Shown: piece after piece, positions 45,860 to 55,555 of the stretch | Layout of the letters: each line of letters starts with the position of its first letter | How positions within the stretch are numbered: the stretch's first letter is position 1 | NCBI GenBank assembly: GCA_963703285.1 | Contig: OY969807.1 | Span: 1,440,001-1,504,000, forward strand | DNA: 64,000 bases | Direction of reading: 5' to 3' | DNA from: an uncultured Nitrososphaerota archaeon | GTDB lineage: Archaea > Thermoproteota > Nitrososphaeria > Nitrososphaerales > Gagatemarchaeaceae | Program-made: the position numbers and the translations under genes | The notes under the pieces: generated by a model | Database searches by the model: none | Seen by the model: the letters and a program-made list of their open reading frames with translations, nothing else | What the model was told of the DNA's origin: nothing

Positions 45860-47050
45860 ATGTCGGACCAGCTCCAGCAGCTGCAGACCGAGGACTGGGC
45901 GCTCTTCCTGAGCACCGTTCTCGGCTCCGCCGGCATGGTCGCGACGAGCAACCCGAACTACATGCTCTATGGCCTGACGGTGGGCGCGGCGAGCAAGGCG
46001 CTGATGTCCCTCGGGACGAACTGGAGGAGCGCGGAGGACTGGATACTCTTCGGGGCCACTTTCTCCGGCGCGCTCGGAGCATCCCTCAGCAGCAACATGG
46101 ACTACATGACCTACGGCCTCGTCCTCGCTTCGGTTGGAAAGGCGCTTCCATCCCTGGCGCAGCGGCACGGAAGCGTGGAAGACTGGCTGCTCCTCGTGAT
46201 TCCGGCGGGCACCTTCGCGATATCGCTGTTCGTGGCGAACCTCGGGCCGGCGAACCTCGGCCTGTTCTTCGGGATGCTCGGCAAGTCCTTGACGAGCACG
46301 AACCCGGTGTCGTCCACGCCGTCACAGCCGCCCGCAGTCAGCGGGCCTCCTTCAGGGCTGGCCGGCAACCGCAACTACATACTCTGGGACAACTGCAGCC
46401 CCCTGGTCAACCCGTCGGTCACGTTCACGGCGGGCTCCGACCTGAATGCGAACGGCAACTGGGACCTCCAGGTCAACGCCTATGCGCCCTCGGGCACCGA
46501 CGCCTACATGCAGTTCGTGATCGCGGTGACGACCTCCGGCGAGGTCCAGTGGTCGATCGAGAACTGGCCCATCTCCGGCAACAACTTGTTCAACACCTGC
46601 GACCAGCACCTGTTTCAGCTCCCGTCCGGCTTCCTGCCCAAGGGGTACGGCATCGGCCTGAAGATGAACACCGACCCCGCGACGAACAACGTCACCTCCC
46701 TCGTGTTCAGCGTCAGCGACTCGAGCGGGTCTCTCGCCGCGAGCAAGAGCGTCCCGCTGGATTCCACGCTCCCAATCTGCAGTGGGAGCTGGAAGAGCTC
46801 CTACCTGTCACAGGTCATCGGTTTCGAGCCCAACATCGTGGGGTACAATGGCGGCGTTGCGGTGACGTTCCCGTCCGGGTGCACCGGCACGCTCCAGTGC
46901 TCCGCGGGGGCCATCTCAGCCACCTCCTCGATCCCGTCGTGCGCCGAGACCAAGGCGGGGACGGTGGAGAACTCGAACATGGGCTACTCCGCGGCGGTCC
47001 AGACTTCCCCCTCCCTGGTCAAGATAGCTGCAACCGCTTACCAGACTTGA
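45860..47050 (+). CDS. Hypothetical protein: triplicated membrane hairpin plus a beta-rich Cys-containing domain
   Basis: Three EDW...GL....(G/S)K(A/S)L.S repeats, a Pro/Ser linker, then NYILWDNC...LQVNAY. Confidence 0.7.
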   Translation: MSDQLQQLQTEDWALFLSTVLGSAGMVATSNPNYMLYGLTVGAASKALMSLGTNWRSAEDWILFGATFSGALGASLSSNMDYMTYGLVLASVGKALPSLAQRHGSVEDWLLLVIPAGTFAISLFVANLGPANLGLFFGMLGKSLTSTNPVSSTPSQPPAVSGPPSGLAGNRNYILWDNCSPLVNPSVTFTAGSDLNANGNWDLQVNAYAPSGTDAYMQFVIAVTTSGEVQWSIENWPISGNNLFNTCDQHLFQLPSGFLPKGYGIGLKMNTDPATNNVTSLVFSVSDSSGSLAASKSVPLDSTLPICSGSWKSSYLSQVIGFEPNIVGYNGGVAVTFPSGCTGTLQCSAGAISATSSIPSCAETKAGTVENSNMGYSAAVQTSPSLVKIAATAYQT

Positions 47051-47141
47051 GGCGCGAGCGGACTAGCTTCAAGCCGGGCATCGTCGATCAGCCACAATCC
47101 CACGAGAACGTTTGAATAGGCTCTGACCCCGTATCGCAGCG

Positions 47142-47975
47142 TTGCCTCTGGTCTATGCCTGCATCGCCCCGCACGGCGACGAGATAGTCCCGGAACTCGT
47201 CGGAAGAAAGGGGACCTTCGCCGCGAAGACCAACGAAGGCATGAAGAAACTCGCCGGCGAGATGAAGCAGACCAGGCCTGAGACCATAGTGGTGGCCACC
47301 CCTCACAACCTGAGGCTGCAGGGGAGAATTGGCGTCGTCACCGCCGAGAACTCGTCCGGCAAGGTGGGTACAGGCGAACGGTCGATATCCCTGACGGCGC
47401 GCTGCGACGTCGAGATGGCTTCGGGGATCATCTCGTCTGCGGAGGAGGCGAAGATCCCCGTCGTCGGCGCGAACTACGGCACCTCGTCCGGTCCCCTCTC
47501 GAATCTGGCGATGGACTGGGGGACGCTCATCCCGCTCTGGTTCTTCCTCAAACTGAACCGGCTCAGGAGCAAGATCGTAATCGTTACGCCGTCCCGCGAG
47601 ATACCGCTGAGGCAGAACTACAAGTTCGGGGCCGAGGTGGCGGAGTATGCCGAGAGAAGCGAGAGGCGCGTCGCCTTCGTCGCGAGCTCAGACCAGGCCC
47701 ACGCGCACTCAAGGAGCGGGCCGTACGGGTACTCCCGCGACGCGGCCGTGTATGACAGGAAGGTCGTGAAGGCGGTCGAGGAGAACAGGCTTGCGGACAT
47801 ACTCAGGTTCGACCCTTCGCTCGTGGACAACGCCAAGCCCGACAGCCTCTGGCAGATGACGATGCTCGCCGGCGCGCTGGAGAGGGTCGAGATGGCCGGG
47901 AACCTGTACTCCTACGAGGTCCCCACGTACTTCGGTATGCTGTGCGCAGGTTACACCAGGGCACGCTCAGGGTGA
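47142..47975 (+). CDS. LigB-like extradiol dioxygenase family protein
   Basis: APHG, ATPH, DWGTLIPL, ASSDQAH and YEVPTYFG motifs. Confidence 0.85.
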   Translation: MPLVYACIAPHGDEIVPELVGRKGTFAAKTNEGMKKLAGEMKQTRPETIVVATPHNLRLQGRIGVVTAENSSGKVGTGERSISLTARCDVEMASGIISSAEEAKIPVVGANYGTSSGPLSNLAMDWGTLIPLWFFLKLNRLRSKIVIVTPSREIPLRQNYKFGAEVAEYAERSERRVAFVASSDQAHAHSRSGPYGYSRDAAVYDRKVVKAVEENRLADILRFDPSLVDNAKPDSLWQMTMLAGALERVEMAGNLYSYEVPTYFGMLCAGYTRARSG

Positions 47976-48041
47976 GGACTTCGGCGGGAGACGGTGGACG
48001 ACCCGTAAGACCTGTAAAGTCCTCCGACCTCGGCTTTTCTC

Positions 48042-48275
48042 GTGGACTCGAAGGCGCCCGGCGAGGAGTTCATCGAACTGGGTCTGCTGTTCATCGTCAC
48101 CGGCATCGCCGCCGTCCTCTTCATCGCGATCGTGATGTTTCTCTTGCTGAGAGAGTCGTGGGTCCAGTCCAGCTGGATAATCGCAGTCGTCACCGGGTCT
48201 ATCCTCTCAGCCCTCGGGGTTCTCGTCTTCAGGCTTGCTCGGAGACTTCGCTGGTTCCTCGCTCACCTGGAGTGA
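48042..48275 (+). CDS. Small two-TM membrane protein
   Basis: Two hydrophobic helices and a basic C-terminus. Confidence 0.6.
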   Translation: MDSKAPGEEFIELGLLFIVTGIAAVLFIAIVMFLLLRESWVQSSWIIAVVTGSILSALGVLVFRLARRLRWFLAHLE

Positions 48276-48309
48276 GGAGCGCGTCGTCCTTCGTGAGGGC
48301 ACCGGGCTA

Positions 48310-49194
48310 TCATTTCATCCAGTCGCCCAGCCTCCGTGCGATCTCAAGCTTGTAGTCCTCCTCACCCGCCACGTAGGGATAGAGGACAGGGGAGTCCACG
48401 CCGCCTTCCCTGAAACGTCCCAGCAACTCGAGCAGGCTCTCCCGGTCGGGGTTGGCAATCGAGATCTGCGAGACTTCGCCAACATCGCGCTTGGAGACTT
48501 CGCCCCTGTTGCTGAGACGAGCGAGTGTCTGAGACAATCCCATAGCGCCGAACATGGCGTGATATTGAGGGATCGAGTTGTAGTTGGCAAACTCGTCGGC
48601 TAGCATCCGGCTCGCTTCGTCGTCGTCGTGCGCGAAGAAGAGCTTCACATAGCACGCGATCTGGAAGCCCTCCTTCTTCCTCCCTGCCCGCGATACGACG
48701 CTGGACGCGTAGCTCGGGGAGCAGAAGTTCAGGAGAACTCCGTCGGCGTTCTCAAACGCGGCCTCCACCATCCTTGGACCGAGCGCCGCGAAGTAGAGCG
48801 GAGTCGGCCGGGCGTTCGGATAACCCGCCCTCAGTTTCCTGGTGAGGCCGACAAGCTGGCTCAGAGCCTCGCGACCCCGCAGGTGGCCTGTGCCCACCCC
48901 GAGGATGAACCTGTTCCGTGAGCCCTGGTCGAGCGTCTCGATGCGGCCTGCGAGCTGTTCGAGGTTGTACTCGGCCAGCCTTATAACGCCGGTCCCTGCC
49001 TTCAGTCGTGTGGAGGCGCCCAGTGAGAGGGCGCACATCTCGACGGAATCGAACCGCCCGCCGACCGACGGGAACCACACGGCGGAGAAGCTGGAATCCA
49101 GCTCGGGGACGAGGCTAGGTATCAGGCTCGGCGGGAAGACCGTCGAGCGGAGCGCGATGCCGACGTCGGCTTTCAAGAGGGTGTGTTGCTCCAA
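48310..49194 (-). CDS. LLM-class flavin-dependent oxidoreductase
   Basis: RFILGVGTG and AALGPRM..A...ADGVLLN motifs. Confidence 0.85.
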   Translation of the reverse strand: MEQHTLLKADVGIALRSTVFPPSLIPSLVPELDSSFSAVWFPSVGGRFDSVEMCALSLGASTRLKAGTGVIRLAEYNLEQLAGRIETLDQGSRNRFILGVGTGHLRGREALSQLVGLTRKLRAGYPNARPTPLYFAALGPRMVEAAFENADGVLLNFCSPSYASSVVSRAGRKKEGFQIACYVKLFFAHDDDEASRMLADEFANYNSIPQYHAMFGAMGLSQTLARLSNRGEVSKRDVGEVSQISIANPDRESLLELLGRFREGGVDSPVLYPYVAGEEDYKLEIARRLGDWMK

Positions 49195-49336
49195 GGCCGG
49201 CTTTAACTCTTGAGAGGCCGCACATTGCTAGTATGCACCGTTCCTAGATCATGCACGAGAGCTCTCCGAGCCGCTGAGCGATTTACGTCTGCAGAGACGA
49301 AAGCATTTAACGCCGGGCTGATGTCCAAGCCAGTCG

Positions 49337-49567
49337 ATGAGAAAGGCATTCGTCCTGTTAAATGCCAACATGGGTTCGGAGCCTGAGCTGGAGTCCGAGT
49401 TGAGGAAGGTCGAGGGCGTAATCGGGGTCTATCAGGTCTATGGCGTATACGACTTGGTGATCGAGGTCGAAGCCGCCTCTGACCAGGATCTCAAGAGCAT
49501 CATCTTCTCGAAGATCCGCACCCTCAAGAACGTACGGTCCACCCTCACGCTCAACACGGTCGCCTGA
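49337..49567 (+). CDS. Stand-alone Lrp/AsnC ligand-binding (RAM) domain protein
   Basis: AFVLLN...VYGVYDL...KIR....VRSTLTL. Confidence 0.9.
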   Translation: MRKAFVLLNANMGSEPELESELRKVEGVIGVYQVYGVYDLVIEVEAASDQDLKSIIFSKIRTLKNVRSTLTLNTVA

Positions 49568-49603
49568 CTGGACGCCAGGGGCAGGACGGAGGATCCCGGT
49601 CCG

Positions 49604-49900
49604 TCAGCGGCCCAGAGACTCTTCGCCCATCTCCTTGAGGAAGCCCTTCATCCTGAAGTATGTGTCGAGGAACTCTAGCCCCCTGGGCGTGGCCACGTAG
49701 AACACGTCCTCCTCGTCCATCGACCTGCGGGCCAGGCCGTAGGACGAGAGCCTCTCGACCAGCAGCTTCAGCCTGTCGACGGGCACGCCGACCCCGTAGG
49801 AGAGCCTCGTTATCCTGATGCCCTCGGGGTAGTGGGTGATCACCTCGAGTATCTGGGCGTACAGCTCCATCTTCGAGCGTTTGGAGTTCCTGCGCCCCAT
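49604..49900 (-). CDS. Archaeal winged-helix transcriptional regulator
   Basis: KRSKMELYAQIL...ITRLSY...Y..TPRG.EFL. Confidence 0.85.
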   Translation of the reverse strand: MGRRNSKRSKMELYAQILEVITHYPEGIRITRLSYGVGVPVDRLKLLVERLSSYGLARRSMDEEDVFYVATPRGLEFLDTYFRMKGFLKEMGEESLGR

Positions 49901-49912
49901 CAGGTGACCATC

Positions 49913-51163
49913 CTAGAGGGGCGGCTCCGGCAGCCTGTCCGCTTTTACCGGCGGGTCGTGCAGGTATTGCTTGCTCGCCATATTGAGGACCTTGGTGTAT
50001 GTGACTTGGTAGACCGTGCTGCCCTCCTTCAGCTCGACGACTTCGCCGAAGACGCGCCTTGCGCTCGAGTTCTGTCCAATCCTGACCGTCCCCCCGTGCA
50101 CATCTTCGACGGTGGTCATCCTCCCGACGGCGCTCCTCCACCACGGTAACCCCCACATGCTCCCGAAGTCCGTCTCTCTTCCGACCTCTATCTCGCCTCC
50201 GACGAGCGGGCCGGTTACCTTCGAGCCCCTGCCGATCAGCACTGACTGTGCCTTCAGCCCCGCCTGGGTGTTCACCTCGCCGGCGATGTCCGCGTGCCCG
50301 CCGGCGGAGACGCGTTCAGCGACGAGCTTGCCGAGGACCCCCAGGGTCTCGCACTCGACCGGTCCACGGGAATCCATCGTGCCATAGACCCTGAGCCTCT
50401 TGGAGACCTTGAGGGACCCGGAGACGTCGAGCTTCCCCTTCACCTCGATGTTGTCCGCCGTGCAATCGCCCCTGATTCGGGCCGTCCCGCTCACGTCGAG
50501 CTCCTTGCAGGACGCGTCGCCCTTGAACTCCACCGTCCCTAGCGCCGAGAGCCGCTGTCCACCGCTGCCGGCGGGGAGCGTCAGGCTGCCGAAGACCTCG
50601 ACCTCTCCGAAGGTGAGCCTCTTCGAGGTCCTCAGGTGGCCCCTCACCTTGACCTCACCCGAGATGGTTCCTCCCTCAATCTCGGCGTGTCCTCCCACCC
50701 GCAGGTTGACAAGGTCGACCCCGCCCCGGACCCTCATGTGCCCACCGACGTCGGCCGACTCCGCCTTCAGGGCGCCCTCGACCGTCATGTGACCCCCGAC
50801 CCTGACCCTCTTCGAGGTCAGGGAGCGCGATTGGAAGTGACCGCTCACGTCAAGGTCCTCCGACTCTACCTCTCCGTCGACCCTAGCCGTCGCGTTGATG
50901 TCGGCCCGGCCGTGGACCGTCAGCTTGCCCCTGATTGTGACGTTCCCTCCTGGGCCGTAGCCGCGCCCCTCCACCCTCATGGTCTGGCACTCGAAGTCGC
51001 AGTCGATGGTCACGGCACCATCGAAGGTCGCCCCTCCTGTAACGACCACCTTCCCCCCGGACTCGGCCTTGATCGTGGCGCCGCGGCCTGCCCTCAGCTC
51101 CCCTTCGACTCTGCCGAGCTTGGCCGTCGCGCCCACGCTGACTTCGCTCTCGGCCATGGTCAC
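49913..51163 (-). CDS. Bactofilin-like polymer-forming beta-helix protein with multiple repeats
   Basis: Extensive V.V.G...V.G repeats throughout. Confidence 0.75.
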   Translation of the reverse strand: MTMAESEVSVGATAKLGRVEGELRAGRGATIKAESGGKVVVTGGATFDGAVTIDCDFECQTMRVEGRGYGPGGNVTIRGKLTVHGRADINATARVDGEVESEDLDVSGHFQSRSLTSKRVRVGGHMTVEGALKAESADVGGHMRVRGGVDLVNLRVGGHAEIEGGTISGEVKVRGHLRTSKRLTFGEVEVFGSLTLPAGSGGQRLSALGTVEFKGDASCKELDVSGTARIRGDCTADNIEVKGKLDVSGSLKVSKRLRVYGTMDSRGPVECETLGVLGKLVAERVSAGGHADIAGEVNTQAGLKAQSVLIGRGSKVTGPLVGGEIEVGRETDFGSMWGLPWWRSAVGRMTTVEDVHGGTVRIGQNSSARRVFGEVVELKEGSTVYQVTYTKVLNMASKQYLHDPPVKADRLPEPPL

Positions 51164-51252
51164 TCGCTGCCTCCCGGGACGTAAAAGGTTGGCTCACTTG
51201 TTGTTACCGGACGCCCCACCGCCGATGGTCGTTTCATCGTCTCCATCTCCCC

Positions 51253-52089
51253 CTATCTGGGCCGCAGGGCCCGCCTCGCCATTAGAATCCCGACCACCGT
51301 GAAGGAGACGCCGTAGAGGACGAGGCCCGCGATGTCCCCGGTGAACGCCGTAGTCCGGGACGAGGAGAGCGGCCCGTTCACTATCAGGAGCCTCGCAGCG
51401 TTGCTGGCGAGGGAGACGGGGTTCGCTTGGGCGAAGGGCTTCATCCAGCTCGGGAAGAAGCTTATCGGGAAGAGGGCCGTGCTGGTGAACATTATCGGGA
51501 AGGTGAGGAAGTTGACGACCGCGAAGAAGCTGTCGACGCTCTTGACCGAGATGGCTATCCCGGTGAAGATACCGGAGAAGACCGCGGCCAGGAGCGCGAA
51601 GACCGCCAGGACACCGAGGAGGTCGAGGATGCCGAAGCCGCCGGCCAGCCTCAGGCCGTTGGGGACGACCAGCGCGAGGACGAAGGTGATCACCGCCGTC
51701 GCCATCGCCTTCGCCATGTTCTGGAGGACGGCCCCGAAGTAGATGGACGTGCGGGGGATCGGATAGGTGCTGAGCGTGTCCAGGTAGCCGCTCATCCTGT
51801 CCATGACGACGTCGACGCCCATGAAGCTCATCGTGGTGAGCGAGACGATTCCTATGACGCCGGGCGTGAGGAAGGTGATGTAGTTGACGGCTCCCCCGAA
51901 GGTCTGCTGGAAGAGCCCCAGGGAGCCCCCGCCGAGGGGCGAGGAGGAGAGCGCGTTCGCCGGGTTGAAGGAGTTGCCGAAGAGCACAAGCCAGAATATC
52001 GCCTGGATGAGCGCCGCGACGACCGCGAACGGGTTCCGCAGCCACTTCGCGATGGCCCGCTGGCCCAGGGCGAGGCTCTCCGAGATCAT
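51253..52089 (-). CDS. ABC-2 type transporter permease
   Basis: YITFLTPG, DRMSG, F.STALFP and NPVS motifs. Confidence 0.9.
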   Translation of the reverse strand: MISESLALGQRAIAKWLRNPFAVVAALIQAIFWLVLFGNSFNPANALSSSPLGGGSLGLFQQTFGGAVNYITFLTPGVIGIVSLTTMSFMGVDVVMDRMSGYLDTLSTYPIPRTSIYFGAVLQNMAKAMATAVITFVLALVVPNGLRLAGGFGILDLLGVLAVFALLAAVFSGIFTGIAISVKSVDSFFAVVNFLTFPIMFTSTALFPISFFPSWMKPFAQANPVSLASNAARLLIVNGPLSSSRTTAFTGDIAGLVLYGVSFTVVGILMARRALRPR

Positions 52090-53102
52090 GCTGACACCGC
52101 CTCCTTGGCGACGGGCGCGTGTGCAGAGAGGCCGTTGGACCCGGGCTCCTCGGCGTCCCTCATCGACCTGCCGGTCACCTCTAGGAAGACCTGGTCCATG
52201 GTGGGCTTGGTGAACGAGGTCTCCCTGATTTTCAGGCCTCTGGCCGTTATGCTCGCTATGATGTTCGGGAGCGCCGTCTCGACCCTCGGCAGTTTCAGCC
52301 TGTATGAGTCTCCGACGCGGGTCACTTGGGAGATCCCGTCCATCCCCTCCAGGAAGCCGGTGTAGTCGCCGCCTCCGTCGGAGAGCTCGATGGTGAGGAT
52401 GTCTCCGTGAAGGCTCTCCTTCAGCCGCGGCGGGGAGCCCGAGACCATGATCCTGCCGTGGTCCATTATAGCGACCCTGTGGGAGAGAAGGTCAGCCTCC
52501 TCCAGGTAGTGGGTCGTCATGAATATGGTCAGTCCTTCCCTGTTGAGCCGCTGGAGGTAGTCCCAGATCTTCGTCCTCGTCTGGATGTCGAGACCGACCG
52601 TGGGCTCGTCGAGGAACACGATCTTCGGCCTGTGAATCAGCGCGGTCGTTAGCTGGAGCCTTCTCTTCATCCCACCCGAGTAGGTGCGCACCCTCATGTC
52701 CCCCGCGTTCTCGAGCTCGACCAACGAGAGGAGTTCCCGGGCCCGCTCCTTCGCGACTTCCTTCGGGATGTGGTGGAGCTTCGCGGAGAGCAGGAGGTTC
52801 TCGATCCCCTTCAGTTCGCTGTCGAGCGTCATCTCCTGTGGAACCACGCCGATGATGGACCGGACCGCGGCCGGCTCCTTGCTCACGTCATGGCCGCCGA
52901 CCATCGCCCTGCCCTCCGTAATCGAGGCGAGCGTGGCCAGGATCCTCATTATGGTGGTCTTCCCGGCCCCGTTGGGACCGAGGAGCCCGAAGATCTCGCC
53001 TTCGTCGACGGAGAAGGTGACACCGTCAACGGCCCTCGCCGAGGGAGGGTAGACCTTCGTCAGGCCCTCGACCAGGATCGCCTTCTCCCGCCTTGCGTTC
53101 AT
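52086..53102 (-). CDS. ABC transporter ATP-binding protein (DrrA-like)
   Basis: GPNGAGKT, YSGGM, FLDEPT and TTHYLEEA motifs. Confidence 0.95.
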   Translation of the reverse strand: MNARREKAILVEGLTKVYPPSARAVDGVTFSVDEGEIFGLLGPNGAGKTTIMRILATLASITEGRAMVGGHDVSKEPAAVRSIIGVVPQEMTLDSELKGIENLLLSAKLHHIPKEVAKERARELLSLVELENAGDMRVRTYSGGMKRRLQLTTALIHRPKIVFLDEPTVGLDIQTRTKIWDYLQRLNREGLTIFMTTHYLEEADLLSHRVAIMDHGRIMVSGSPPRLKESLHGDILTIELSDGGGDYTGFLEGMDGISQVTRVGDSYRLKLPRVETALPNIIASITARGLKIRETSFTKPTMDQVFLEVTGRSMRDAEEPGSNGLSAHAPVAKEAVSA

Positions 53103-53194
53103 TGCACCGGTTTTCCGGGCTTGCGAATTAATAGTCAGTGCACTTGCGATGGTCACTGGAAGTTAGTTGGCGGCCGTCCTCCCCCCGAGATGCT

Positions 53195-54268
53195 TCAGGG
53201 CTTGTACGCGACCAGCAGTTGGGACGCGGAGGTCCCTTTGAAGAGGCCTAGGTCGGATTCGGGCACGCCCGACTTCTTGGCGTACTCGAGAAGCGCGGGA
53301 TGGTCGACGCGAACCCGGGTGAAGCCCGCCTGCGTCGCCAGCTCCTCGAGCTCGTCGCTTTCGTAGAAGCGGATGCGGCTCGCCATCGGTTCCGGAGCCG
53401 CAGGCGTGCCCCTGATCTCCTTCGAAGCAGTGAAGGCAACGAACCGCCCTCCGGGCCGGAGCACCCTGAAGACCTCCCTGAAGGCGGCGGGGGGGTCGGG
53501 GAGGAATCCGAGCACCCCCGTCATCACCGCGCACGAGAACGTGTTGTCTGGATAGGGCAGCGAGTCCGCCTCCGACCTGGCGAGGTATAGCCGACGGGTT
53601 TCGACGGCCTCCTGGTTTGCCTCGGCCGCGACTCCGACCATGTCAGAGCTGTGGTCGACCCCGGCCGCGCGACAGCCGCTCTTCAGCGCTTCGTGAAGGA
53701 AAGCGCCGCCGCCGAAACCGACATCAAGAAGGTAATCGTCGGGGCCCAGAGAGAGGACGTCGAGTATCGCGAAGAAGTTGGGCCAGTGGTATGTCGGGTC
53801 GCGGTAGACGCCCCTGGAGCGCGCTCCAGATGGTCGGCGGGCATGCCTGTCTGTGAGCCAGTCTCCGAGCCTGCCCGGAAGCGAGGCCGAAATCAGCGGG
53901 GCGACGGCCTCGCCTGCGAACCATCCCAGCAGCTCCTCCTTCTCGTCACCGAGGACACGGCCCCAGCCCTGGCTCTCGACGGTCACACGGGTGGCCGCAG
54001 TGCCCCCGGGGGCGAAGGTAATCGTCAAGGTGCTCGGGGCGTCGGTCTCCCAGCTCTTTGAACGACAGTTAAGGGAGATCCGCTCGCCCGGTACCCATTC
54101 TTCGACGCTCCCGACCGCGACACCGCCCTCCCTGATGGTTCCTCCCATGTGGGGATCGAACTCCACGTCCCTCTCCTCAAGGGCGAGCTTGAGTTCATCG
54201 ACGAGGGTGACGAACGCGTGGGCCGGGACCAGCTCGAGGTCCGCGCTCACGACTATGCTCGAAGCCAC
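53195..54268 (-). CDS. SRPBCC-like domain fused to a class I SAM methyltransferase
   Basis: N-terminal G.VEEWVPGERI...TRVTVE..GW; C-terminal LLDVGFGGG and RVLRPGG. Confidence 0.8.
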   Translation of the reverse strand: MASSIVVSADLELVPAHAFVTLVDELKLALEERDVEFDPHMGGTIREGGVAVGSVEEWVPGERISLNCRSKSWETDAPSTLTITFAPGGTAATRVTVESQGWGRVLGDEKEELLGWFAGEAVAPLISASLPGRLGDWLTDRHARRPSGARSRGVYRDPTYHWPNFFAILDVLSLGPDDYLLDVGFGGGAFLHEALKSGCRAAGVDHSSDMVGVAAEANQEAVETRRLYLARSEADSLPYPDNTFSCAVMTGVLGFLPDPPAAFREVFRVLRPGGRFVAFTASKEIRGTPAAPEPMASRIRFYESDELEELATQAGFTRVRVDHPALLEYAKKSGVPESDLGLFKGTSASQLLVAYKP

Positions 54269-54316
54269 GGCCGTCTGACGTGCTTCGTGGTTTTAACCTT
54301 GGCTCCTAATGTGATG

Positions 54317-55039
54317 CTAGCTGTCGGCCTTCGCCCTCTCCAGTACCTCGACGAGCATCTTCTCGCTCAGCTTGCCGGTATACGTGTTCCTCGGGCTCGG
54401 GTGATAGGAGCCGTAGAGCCGGGGAAGACCCTCGATCTCGACACGAACCCCGTGGGCGAACTTGACGCCTCTCAGGACACGGCCCCTTCTCCTCGCCAGG
54501 TCTAGGTACGCCCTGAAGGCGAGCTGGCCTAGTGCCACCACGGCGCGGAGGTTCGTGAGCAGCTCTAACTCGCGGTCCAGGTAACGGCTGCAGTTCCCGA
54601 ACTCCTTGGGCGTGGGCCTGTTGTCGGGAGGCACGCACCTCACGGCGGCAGTTATGTAGCACCCGCTCAGGAGCAGCCCGTCGTCCCTCGAGAGGGAGGT
54701 AGGCTGGTTCGCGAGACCTGTCCTGTACAGGGCCCGCATGAGGAACCTCGCCGATTCGTCGCCGGTGAACAGCCTGCCCGTCCTGTTCCCGCCGTGGGCG
54801 GCGGGCGCGAGGCCCATCACCATCAGCCAGGCGCGGGGGTCGCCGAAACTGGGAACCGGCCGCCTCCAGTACTCCTGGGACCTGAACGAAGCTCTCGCGG
54901 GCACGCTCTCCCTGAAGCTCGCCAGCCGGGGACACAGCCTGCAGGCAACGACGGCGTCTTCGAGCCGTCTGAGGCCGTTGTTTCGGTCAGGGCGTGCGCG
55001 CGTCAGCCCCTGCGGAGGGGTCGCTGGCGCGTTGGTCAC
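54317..55039 (-). CDS. Uracil-DNA glycosylase family 5 (UdgB-like, Fe-S)
   Basis: CRLCPRL, GLAPAAHGGNRTGR.FTGD.S, RC.PP.N.P and YHPSPRN motifs. Confidence 0.93.
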   Translation of the reverse strand: MTNAPATPPQGLTRARPDRNNGLRRLEDAVVACRLCPRLASFRESVPARASFRSQEYWRRPVPSFGDPRAWLMVMGLAPAAHGGNRTGRLFTGDESARFLMRALYRTGLANQPTSLSRDDGLLLSGCYITAAVRCVPPDNRPTPKEFGNCSRYLDRELELLTNLRAVVALGQLAFRAYLDLARRRGRVLRGVKFAHGVRVEIEGLPRLYGSYHPSPRNTYTGKLSEKMLVEVLERAKADS

Positions 55040-55476
55040 TCCAACTCTCGCTCCAGGAAGCTCTCTCCGATGTCTCCAATAGTCTGCTTGAACCCGCGCC
55101 TTTCATAGAAGCGCCTTGCCTCGCTCTGCGTCGTGGATGTCTCGATTGAGACGGCACCCATCCCTCTGGCGTGCGAAATCATGCTCTCGAGCAGGGATGC
55201 GCCCACTCCAGCGCGTCTGTGTGATGGTCTGACGTAGAAGGCGGTGATGAAGGCGTTTGGCGCGCCGTCAATGATATCGTTGTGCATCACGTAGTGGATT
55301 AGACCCACGACATTGGAGGAAGCTACGGCAACGAGAATCTCTTGGTTCGCCACTGCGCTTGCGATTGACTCACGCCTGCCGCGTGGCGGAGGGGAACCAA
55401 GCCATTCCACCAATAGCTCCCTAATTTGTTCGACGTCGTCCACGTCCGCCTTCCTCACGGTGCACGGTTGGTTCAA
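55036..55476 (-). CDS. GNAT family N-acetyltransferase
   Basis: YVRPSHRRAGVG and ARRFYERRGF motifs. Confidence 0.88.
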   Translation of the reverse strand: MNQPCTVRKADVDDVEQIRELLVEWLGSPPPRGRRESIASAVANQEILVAVASSNVVGLIHYVMHNDIIDGAPNAFITAFYVRPSHRRAGVGASLLESMISHARGMGAVSIETSTTQSEARRFYERRGFKQTIGDIGESFLERELE

Positions 55477-55555
55477 TCCTCAGTCGAGCCCCCTCCTGAC
55501 AAGTTGGAGAGGGTAGTGGCGTAAGAAGATTTCCATCGGAAAGCGTTCTCGCGGC

